Part shown: positions 1-6,323 of the stretch, piece by piece
How the letters are laid out: the number at the start of each line of letters is the position of its first letter
How positions within the stretch are numbered: position 1 is the first letter of the stretch
DNA from: Pseudomonadota bacterium
GTDB lineage: Bacteria; Bdellovibrionota_G; JALEGL01; DATDPG01
Assembly: GCA_043804515.1 (NCBI GenBank)
Contig: JAZDIZ010000114.1
Coordinates: 1 to 14,510, forward strand
Length of the DNA: 14,510 nucleotides
Direction of reading: 5' to 3'
The notes under the pieces: generated by a model
The model's input: the letters and a program-made list of their open reading frames with translations, nothing else
Told to the model about the DNA's origin: nothing
Databases searched by the model: none
Position numbers and translations under genes: made by a program

Positions 1-766
1 TCTTCCCCTGAAGCGCGCGGTTCAAGTCTTCCAGTTTGAAGTTCTTGGGAAGTGTCGTCTTCGCCTCTTGAACGAGGAGGTCCAGTCTTCGGGGTTCCAT
101 GCTCTCGTCGTCCACGATTTTAAATTCAAGCTGGGCGGTGCGCCCAAGAACGCTTTTCGCGCGTTCGGGATCGTCCATTCCGGGCAGTTGGATGATGATC
201 TGGTCGTTTCCCCGGGCCTGAATCGAAGGCTCGGCCACGCCGAATTCATCCAGGCGGCTACGGAGTGTTTCCAGCGCCTGCTCGACCGTTTGCTTCTCCA
301 CGTCGGCTTTTTTCTCCTGGCTGATGTCCAAAACGTAGGTCCCGGTTTTGGCGTCGCGTTCGGCCACCGAAACATAGGGGAAATGCGTTTCCAAATATCT
401 TTCGAATTTGGACTGTTCGTCGGCGCTCTTGAGCACCACTTTGATCTGCGTGGAATCGAACGCCCGGTCGATCGAATTAAAGCCCACCTGTTCCTTGGGG
501 AGATAATCCTTAAGATCCCGGACGTACCGGTCGGCCTCGTTCATGAGCGCCCGGCGCAGGTCGATGCCGAGGACCATATTGATGCCGCCCTGGAGATCCA
601 GGCCCAGCCTCACCCGGGAGTTCGGGAGAACCCGCTCATACCAGGGACGTTTAGCCAGGTCTTCTTTGGTCGCCGCCTCCTCCACCAAATTGGGAAGGAC
701 AAACCAGACGGCCAAGAGCGTGGAGATAAATGCCGCCCAGGCTTTCCAGCGCCACGCCGAAGTCAT
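1..766 (-). CDS. secD: Protein translocase subunit SecD (N-terminal part; runs off the window edge)
   Basis: Manual translation from the ATG at 766 gives MTSAWRWKAWAAFISTLLAVWFVLPNL...RLGLDLQGGINMVLGID...QALETLRSRLDEFGVAEPSIQARGNDQIIIQLPGMDDPERAKSVLGRTAQLEFKIVD. The LGLDLQGG and DEFGVAEP motifs are SecD signatures, and the gene starts 5 nt after the yajC stop. Confidence 0.97.
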   Translation of the reverse strand, partial: MTSAWRWKAWAAFISTLLAVWFVLPNLVEEAATKEDLAKRPWYERVLPNSRVRLGLDLQGGINMVLGIDLRRALMNEADRYVRDLKDYLPKEQVGFNSIDRAFDSTQIKVVLKSADEQSKFERYLETHFPYVSVAERDAKTGTYVLDISQEKKADVEKQTVEQALETLRSRLDEFGVAEPSIQARGNDQIIIQLPGMDDPERAKSVLGRTAQLEFKIVDDESMEPRRLDLLVQEAKTTLPKNFKLEDLNRALQGK

Positions 767-771
767 GGGAC

Positions 772-1113
772 TTATTTCTTCCCGTCCGAACCGGTCTGGG
801 GAAGCTGCAAACCCGCGATGCTCGCCTTACCGACCCGGATTCTGACGTTGTCCGCGATCTGGAGCGTCACCACGAGGCCGTCGATGCCGCCGATCCGGCC
901 GTAGATGCCCGATTGGGTGATTACCTCGTCCCCCTTTTTGAGCGATTCCAGAAACTGCTTTTGTTTCTGTTCCCGTTTCCGCTGGGGGCGGATGAGGATG
1001 AAATAGAAGATGACGAACACGAACAGCATCGGGAGGAGAAACGTCTGCAAAGCACTTGGTTGCTGTCCGGGAGCCGCCGGGGATTGAGCCATGGCATAAA
1101 GGTTTGAAATCAT
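772..1113 (-). CDS. yajC: Preprotein translocase subunit YajC
   Basis: Single TM helix followed by FYFILIRPQRKR...LKKGDEVITQSGIYGRI (YajC signature); lies directly upstream of secD. Confidence 0.97.
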   Translation of the reverse strand: MISNLYAMAQSPAAPGQQPSALQTFLLPMLFVFVIFYFILIRPQRKREQKQKQFLESLKKGDEVITQSGIYGRIGGIDGLVVTLQIADNVRIRVGKASIAGLQLPQTGSDGKK

Positions 1114-1122
1114 TGCCGCGCT

Positions 1123-1151
1123 TTTCTACAGCAGGGGGCTTGCAGGGTCAA
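1123..1151 (-). promoter_or_regulatory. Putative sigma-70 promoter for yajC-secD
   Basis: Minus strand reads TTGACC-N17-TAGAAA, ending 9 nt before the yajC ATG; no Shine-Dalgarno sequence. Confidence 0.6.
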
Positions 1152-1155
1152 CGAT

Positions 1156-1289
1156 TCGAACGAAGGCGAATCCAAACACGTATTCGGGCCTGCGGGTTGT
1201 GCACCCCCACGGGCTGCGGCCTAATAGTCCTCGCCGCGGGGCCCCCCAACCCGCCGGCCGGGAATTCTTGGTAAGAGCGCCTTTGCGAG
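1156..1289. other. Long imperfect rod-like inverted repeat (intergenic)
   Basis: Nested complementary segments: AAGGCG(1163-1168)/CGCCTT(1278-1283), GGCC-T-GCGGGTTG(1187-1199)/CAACCCGC-C-GGCC(1247-1259), and inner CTGCGGC/GCCGCGG. Confidence 0.5.
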
Positions 1290-1390
1290 CTACCGACCGT
1301 CGGATCCGACAAGGCGGCGACTTATTCTTGAGGGAAGAAAAATGCGGGTGGCAAGGCCGTGTGCTAGCCTGGCTTCCGGGAGGCGACACG

Positions 1391-2245
1391 ATGGCGCGAC
1401 ATGGTTTTCGGGCGGTTATAGCGGGGGCCATCGGGGGCATGGCCATGGCTTCTCTCAGCTGCGGTGGCTCGACGAACAGCTCCAGGGACCCAACTCAAGT
1501 GGCCCCACAATTCCAATCTCCGACCGGAACGTTGACTAATGCCAACGCGACAACCGCTGTAAATATGGCACTGGCCTATTTCATTCCGTTCGGTGCCATG
1601 TTTGGAGCCGCGCTGAATCTCGAGTTTGCACCGAACGCTGGAGGCACCGGCGTTGCCAACTGTTTTTCAACGGCTGCGGACGGAATCACTCTGATCATGG
1701 ATGTTAAGTGTCTGAGTGACGCTCATGATTTTGGCAATTGGGATTGGGACAAGGGAACACTCATAAGCGAGTGTCCCGGAACGGGGACCGTGACGGCCGT
1801 CCGGGGTGACGTGTTGAACTGGAAGCAGATCACATTCGCCGATTTTGGCCTCAATTGCGGGGAACCCGCGCAGGTTTTGTCCGAAATGAACGGGACATGG
1901 ATTTTCACGGACACCGATCCCCCGGCTGGGGAAGCACAGTACGTCTGTGGGAATCTCAGCTGGGTATTGTCCGGCGCCGCGGGAAGCATCGATGCGTGCG
2001 TGCAAGACTACGTCCACTCGGACCCTGAAGTCTCCAACATCCTCCTCACGATCGGCAATGGCACGCTGGTTCTGACTTACCCGAACGGCGTGTCGGACTG
2101 CACTACCGTTTGTTTCCAAGCCAAGGACAAGGCTGGCTCCTCGAAGATCGATTGCCAGGTTTCGGACAAGGCTGAATCGTGCACTCAAGTTCAGGGCATC
2201 TTAAAGGTCTCGAACTGCGCAGTGACTCGCAACGCAGGCTGTTGA
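1391..2245 (+). CDS. Cys-rich lipoprotein of unknown function (284 aa)
   Basis: A GGGAGG SD precedes the ATG at 1391, which is preferred over the ORF-track start at 1199. MARHGFRAVIAGAIGGMAMASLS-C is a signal peptide with a lipobox. Twelve further Cys lie in a beta-strand-like mature region. Confidence 0.8.
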   Translation: MARHGFRAVIAGAIGGMAMASLSCGGSTNSSRDPTQVAPQFQSPTGTLTNANATTAVNMALAYFIPFGAMFGAALNLEFAPNAGGTGVANCFSTAADGITLIMDVKCLSDAHDFGNWDWDKGTLISECPGTGTVTAVRGDVLNWKQITFADFGLNCGEPAQVLSEMNGTWIFTDTDPPAGEAQYVCGNLSWVLSGAAGSIDACVQDYVHSDPEVSNILLTIGNGTLVLTYPNGVSDCTTVCFQAKDKAGSSKIDCQVSDKAESCTQVQGILKVSNCAVTRNAGC

Positions 2246-2463
2246 ACCCGTACAGAATCCCGGCCTCCGGTTTCCAGTAACCGGTTACCGGGACCGACTG
2301 CCCGTGTGCCGGGTGCCTGCGTCTTGGGATTGGCGCGTCGCTTCGAGTAATTGGGCGAAGGTCAAAAGAGGGATGGAGGTCGGAAATCGTCCTGATGGAG
2401 ACCGGAATCAGGAAGCGGGAGAGCGGGAGCTATCGACCAGCTTACGCAAGCGGGATCCGTCAC

Positions 2464-2479
2464 TGGCACCGTTGTTGCT
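2464..2479 (+). promoter_or_regulatory. Sigma-54 (-24/-12) promoter motif
   Basis: TGGCAC-CGTTG-TTGCT is an exact match to TGGCAC-N5-TTGCW; the ATG at 2492 begins 14 nt after the -12 C. Confidence 0.7.
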
Positions 2480-2491
2480 CCGTCCACGGAT

Positions 2492-2668
2492 ATGCCCAGA
2501 CTTCCGAGGGATCTCCTTCTCGATTCCGGCCTTTCCTTTCATAAAGTCTGGAGAGGCCATAACCGAGAGTGGAACCTCTCGGAACCCGACGAAAAACGGA
2601 CCTATCTCAATATGCTCAAAGGAAAGAGGGACGGAGGGGCAGACCAGACGGAGGTTGGCGATTCTTGA
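2492..2668 (+). pseudogene. Truncated REP-associated tyrosine transposase (RAYT / Y1 HUH family), N-terminus only
   Basis: 58-aa ORF absent from the track: MPRLPRDLLLDSGLSFHKVWRGHNREWNLSEPDEKRTYLNMLK... It matches the RAYT N-terminal pattern MPRxxR...H...RG(N/H)NR...D/E...(Y/F)L..L. Similarity stops near 2620, before the HUH motif. Confidence 0.75.
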
Positions 2669-2693
2669 CGCAACGTACGTAAAAGCGTACGCT
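2665..2693 (+). promoter_or_regulatory. Sigma-70 promoter of the TA operon (probably leaderless)
   Basis: TTGACG-N17-TACGCT, followed by 7 nt and then the antitoxin ATG at 2701; no SD. Confidence 0.75.
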
Positions 2694-2695
2694 TT
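2673..2695. promoter_or_regulatory. TA autoregulatory operator (two palindromes)
   Basis: ACGTACGT (2673-2680) and the perfect 14-bp palindrome AAAGCGTACGCTTT (2682-2695). Their CGTACG cores are 12 bp apart centre to centre and overlap the spacer and the -10 box. Confidence 0.75.
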
Positions 2696-2700
2696 CATAT

Positions 2701-2973
2701 ATGGGCTTACCGAAAACGAAGTCGGCGACGGTTTTCCGAGAGGACTTGTACGAAACGCTGAAGGAGGTGGCAAAGGGCACCCCGTACCTTGTCACACAGC
2801 GGGGGGGAGACAACATCGTTCTGCTCTCTCAGACGGTTTACAACAAGATGCTGGAAGAGCAGGACATTTTGAGGAGCATCGCGGCTGGTGTTGCCGATAT
2901 TGAGGCTGGGCGTATGGTCGCACACAGGGCTGCGGTGGCTCGCTTCAGAAAGCTCCAACAGAAGTGGAAATAA
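2701..2973 (+). CDS. Type II antitoxin, Phd/YefM family
   Basis: 90 aa with SATVFREDLYETLKEV...PYLVTQRG...VLLS...Y (Phd/YefM pattern) and a C-terminal GVADIEAGR. Overlaps the toxin start. Confidence 0.9.
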   Translation: MGLPKTKSATVFREDLYETLKEVAKGTPYLVTQRGGDNIVLLSQTVYNKMLEEQDILRSIAAGVADIEAGRMVAHRAAVARFRKLQQKWK

Positions 2974-3251
2974 TCTGGTCGGAGACGGCCGTTCACAGGG
3001 TTGAGGAGATTTCCAGGTTCATCGCCAAGGACTCTGCCCCGTCTGCATCCAGGTTTATCACCCGCCTTATTCGTTCCGTCGAGCGATTGAAAACATTCCC
3101 GTTGTCGGGTTCGGCCGTTCCGGAGAACATCGCGTTCCGGCAGGTCGTATTTCAAGGGTACCGGATCATCTACAGACTGACGGGTTCGGCGGTTCAAATC
3201 GTGACCGTGGTCACGCCTGGCTTCAGTTCGGATGATACCCTGAGGAAATAA
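2964..3251 (+). CDS. Type II toxin, RelE/ParE superfamily
   Basis: 95 aa with IIWSETA...I..FIAKDS...L..FPLSG..VPE...RQVVFQGYRIIYR. The GTG start overlaps the end of the antitoxin gene. Confidence 0.92.
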   Translation: MEIIWSETAVHRVEEISRFIAKDSAPSASRFITRLIRSVERLKTFPLSGSAVPENIAFRQVVFQGYRIIYRLTGSAVQIVTVVTPGFSSDDTLRK

Positions 3252-3265
3252 GCCTCCAAGGCGTA

Positions 3266-3290
3266 TAGCCACGTAGGGTACTACTGGCTA
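3266..3290. terminator. Hairpin downstream of the TA toxin (possible terminator)
   Basis: TAGCCA-c-GTAG-ggta-CTAC-TGGCTA stem-loop between convergent genes; no clear U tract. Confidence 0.3.
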
Positions 3291-3418
3291 CATGCGGGGG
3301 ACGCCAAATTTGATTTTTCGATCCTTGGGGCTTCAACATCTCGAAAATAGGAGACATTGTTGCGGTTCCAAAAGTTGCCTACGTTCGGTTGCTCCAGAAT
3401 TGGGGAAAGGCGAAAATA

Positions 3419-3430
3419 GTAACCTAGGGC
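3419..3430 (+). repeat. 12-bp direct repeat, copy 1 (GTAACCTAGGGC)
   Basis: Identical to 13988-13999. Both copies are intergenic and bracket the three-gene minus-strand block. Confidence 0.5.
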
Positions 3431-3452
3431 TCGCAGCGATTGGTTACGCCGA

Positions 3453-6098
3453 TCACTGAAGAGGCGGTGGGACGAAGAGCGCGAGGCCGTTGTCCGTGCC
3501 GACCCAGACGGAACCGTCCGAATTCCCTGCAAGGCTCAGGATCTCATCGCTCGGAAGCCCGTAGTCGGCTGCAGCGAATCTCGTGATCCGAGTTTCCGTT
3601 TCGCCCAGTTGGACGAGATAGAGTCCGCCCGGCCAGTCGAGATTTCTGTCAACGTTACTGCGAACTTTCGCGGTGGCCGCCCAGAACTTCCCATCGCCGG
3701 CCAGCTGGAGCGCCTGAACCCTGTCGGACCCGCGATCCGCATAGAGGTGAATCGTAGGCTCCATCGAATAGTTCCCGCCGTAGGCGCGGAAACGGAGAAT
3801 CCCGTGATTTGATCCGATCAGAAGGCCCCCTCTTCCATCGGGGATGACGCTGTTACCCTGCGTGACTTGGAGGTCTCCGTATTCCGTGATCCGGTACGTC
3901 TGGGACGTCGAGACGTCCACCAGCCGGATCTCATTCCCGGCGCAGGAAGGGAGGTCCCAGCACTCGAACTGCGTGACAATCCAGAGTCTCCCCAAATCGT
4001 CCGTGCCCATCGCGCGGATCGTTCCCGGAGATTTCGGCGTGATTACCGGGACCGGTTCCAAACCGAGCAATGGTTCGCTCCTCGCTTCGAAAACTCCCCT
4101 GAACAGGGCGATCGAGACTCCTCCCGATTGCGTCGGATAAAGGGCCATTGTTTTTCCGAATGCCCCTTCCAAACCGCCGAGGTCGATCAGTCCAGTGGAC
4201 ATGACATTTTCTGTATTCACAGCGGCGTGAACCAGCGCCGAAATCCCCCACCCCGACAGACCGAAGTCTTGGGGATGGTAGGCCCAGGCGCCGCCGGCGC
4301 CGTCCGAGGCGATCATCGAGAAGCCTTTGGATCCCTCCTCGATCGGATGGTGTGCATAGAGATTTCGCGTGACGTCGACGCGGGAGAGTCCCCTGGGTTG
4401 TCCGACCCAGATCGTATCGGGCGTAGCCGCTCCCAAACTCAGGATCTTGTTGCTGAGAAGATAGGTCGGGTTTGTGTAACGTTCGAACTTTCCTTGGTCC
4501 GGATCCTGGATGAAACCGAAGCCGTTCCTGCCACCCGCGTATACGCCGCCCCCGCCATCACCCACCAGGACGCGAGTTTCGTCGGCTCCCAGCTCGCGCG
4601 CAAAGATATCGGCGTCCACCCTCGCGTCGGCGCCGAACACAGCGTGACGGACGGTTCCTGCTGTCCCGACATAGAGACTTCCATCCCCGACCGGAGCAAG
4701 GCTGAAGATCGAAGGCAGAAAAGGAATGTCGTCGTCGGGAAGGGTGCAGGGTCCGCTCGGCCCGCAGAAGATAGGGTCGGAAGAATTGTCGTCCACGATG
4801 GGGATCCGTTTGAAATCGGGTCTCCGATAACCCGTGACCGGGTCCGTTGTGAAATGCACTTGAAGAAGGACGTTCCAGACCAAGCTGATCCAAAGATGAT
4901 CGCCATCGCGAATGAGGGACGAAATGGTCATCAGGCGGCCGACGCCTTCAATCGGGAACTCCTCGGTCGTCCCGTCCGGCCGGAGGCGGCGCAGCTTGTA
5001 TCCGCCGCTGACCCAGAGATCGTGGTTGTCGTCGTACGTCATGAGTCGGTTGGCAAGTCCCGATTCGTCCACGGTATACGGTGACGTCCCGAACTTCGAT
5101 GTTGGCACGTTCGCGGAAGAAACAAACTCCCCGTCGGCGCCGGCTTCGATCCGCATCCAGCCCGTTTGCTTTCCGACCCACGCGGCGTTCGGGCCATCGT
5201 CCAACAGCGAATAAACGGGGCGCGTCAGAAGCTCACCGGCACCATCGCCGTCCTTTATACGGAACGTCCCATCCAGTGAAAACAGGTTCCGATCCGGATC
5301 GAAGTCAATGCGGCGTAATCCACATTTGCTCCCCACCCACACCTTCTTGCCTGAGGCTTGAGCCAGGGCCGAGATGTTGTTGCAGCGGAGACCGTCGCCG
5401 ATCGTGAGGCGCTGAACGCGTGTCGTATTCTGAGGCCACGCGCCGGCTGGGTCCTGCTTGTAGATATAGAGCCCTTCCGACTCGCTTCCGACGAAGATCC
5501 ACGGGCCCGATCGCAGAATCGCCGTGGCATTCTCCGGCGCAGCGGTGGAGACGGATACGATCGTCTTCGCTATGGCGTTGAGCGAGTTCTCGTCGGCCGG
5601 AAGATAGCTCGGGCCGTTCGTCCAGATCTTCACCTCGTCGTTTTCCTTCGCGCCGATCAGCGTGAAGCTGAACGCGCCGTTGTCCGCGGGTATCTGACAC
5701 ACGATATCGAGGTTCTGCGTCACGTCTTTCACGCAGACCTCGGTCACGTTGTCCTCGGGATTGCAGAAATCGTTCTTCAGGCCTTTCACGCACGCGGCGC
5801 CTGGAAGACCGACCACCAAAGCCGTGTTCGTATCGGGATTTGTCAATTGCGCCCGGGTCAGGGAGGCGGCAACGGGAGGGGCGAGAGCGATCGGAGGGAT
5901 CGGCCCCGGTTCCAGGTCCGGGTTGCGCTGATCCGGAAGATCAGGAGCGCTTTGCGCCGTCAGATTTGTGGTGGGCGAATCGAGTCCCGCGGAGTCCCCT
6001 TTCCTATGGCCGGTCGTACAAGCGGACAACAGGACAAGACAGGCCAGGACGACGTCGCCGAGCCATGCCTTGGATCGTCCTGTGCGTGGGAATGTCAC
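3453..6098 (-). CDS. Large beta-propeller lipoprotein (two-component regulator propeller-like repeats, no kinase)
   Basis: 881 aa with lipobox VLLSA-C, a Pro-rich linker and a small Cys-containing domain. Repeated blades follow, e.g. GLRCNNISALAQASGKKVWVGSKCGL, LLSNKILSLGAATPDTIWVGQPRGL and GLPSDEILSLAGNSDGSVWVGTDNGL. Confidence 0.85.
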   Translation of the reverse strand: MTFPRTGRSKAWLGDVVLACLVLLSACTTGHRKGDSAGLDSPTTNLTAQSAPDLPDQRNPDLEPGPIPPIALAPPVAASLTRAQLTNPDTNTALVVGLPGAACVKGLKNDFCNPEDNVTEVCVKDVTQNLDIVCQIPADNGAFSFTLIGAKENDEVKIWTNGPSYLPADENSLNAIAKTIVSVSTAAPENATAILRSGPWIFVGSESEGLYIYKQDPAGAWPQNTTRVQRLTIGDGLRCNNISALAQASGKKVWVGSKCGLRRIDFDPDRNLFSLDGTFRIKDGDGAGELLTRPVYSLLDDGPNAAWVGKQTGWMRIEAGADGEFVSSANVPTSKFGTSPYTVDESGLANRLMTYDDNHDLWVSGGYKLRRLRPDGTTEEFPIEGVGRLMTISSLIRDGDHLWISLVWNVLLQVHFTTDPVTGYRRPDFKRIPIVDDNSSDPIFCGPSGPCTLPDDDIPFLPSIFSLAPVGDGSLYVGTAGTVRHAVFGADARVDADIFARELGADETRVLVGDGGGGVYAGGRNGFGFIQDPDQGKFERYTNPTYLLSNKILSLGAATPDTIWVGQPRGLSRVDVTRNLYAHHPIEEGSKGFSMIASDGAGGAWAYHPQDFGLSGWGISALVHAAVNTENVMSTGLIDLGGLEGAFGKTMALYPTQSGGVSIALFRGVFEARSEPLLGLEPVPVITPKSPGTIRAMGTDDLGRLWIVTQFECWDLPSCAGNEIRLVDVSTSQTYRITEYGDLQVTQGNSVIPDGRGGLLIGSNHGILRFRAYGGNYSMEPTIHLYADRGSDRVQALQLAGDGKFWAATAKVRSNVDRNLDWPGGLYLVQLGETETRITRFAAADYGLPSDEILSLAGNSDGSVWVGTDNGLALFVPPPLQ

Positions 6099-6112
6099 CC
6101 ACTAGTATGGAT

Positions 6113-6128
6113 CGCAAGTCCCGTACCA
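6113..6128 (-). promoter_or_regulatory. Sigma-54 (-24/-12) promoter motif
   Basis: Minus strand reads TGGTAC-GGGAC-TTGCG (GG-N10-GC); the GTG start at 6098 is 16 nt after the -12 C. Confidence 0.6.
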
Positions 6129-6263
6129 GGTTTCCCCGGCTTTGGAAGACAAAAAGACTAATGATTGCAGGATGTTATCTTTTGGCTGCGTACCGTTCGG
6201 GCACGGGGGAAGAAAGGTTCCTGCCTACTGCAATCTTTAGTTACGCTGGAAAATAATCTCCAT

Positions 6264-6308
6264 TTTTCCCTCCGTCCCCGTTCTCCCCGATTTTCCCTCC
6301 CCGTTCTC
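6264..6308. repeat. Imperfect pyrimidine-rich tandem repeat directly after the RHS stop codon
   Basis: TTTTCCCTCCGTCCCCGTTCTC (6264-6285) and TTTTCCCTCCCCGTTCTC (6291-6308). Confidence 0.65.
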
Positions 6309-6323
6309 TTTCAGCTTCCAGTT

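Noticed and set aside
68..904. 278-aa plus-strand ORF and other ORFs over secD/yajC
   Set aside because: Antisense or off-frame shadows of secD and yajC.
1349..1365. Possible fourth sigma-54 motif, TGGCAAGGCCGTGTGCT
   Set aside because: GG-to-GC spacing is 11 nt rather than the required 10.
1199..1390. Upstream extension of the lipoprotein ORF
   Set aside because: The SD and signal peptide point to the ATG at 1391, and the extension crosses a structured intergenic region.
2267..2288. Palindrome GTAACCGGTTAC after the lipoprotein gene (also GTCGGATCCGAC at 1299-1310)
   Set aside because: Short isolated palindromes with no U tract or second copy; no function can be supported.
2304..2903. 199-aa plus-strand ORF and 121-aa minus-strand ORF (2408-2773)
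   Set aside because: They overlap the RAYT remnant, TA promoter and antitoxin in other frames and show no recognisable motifs.
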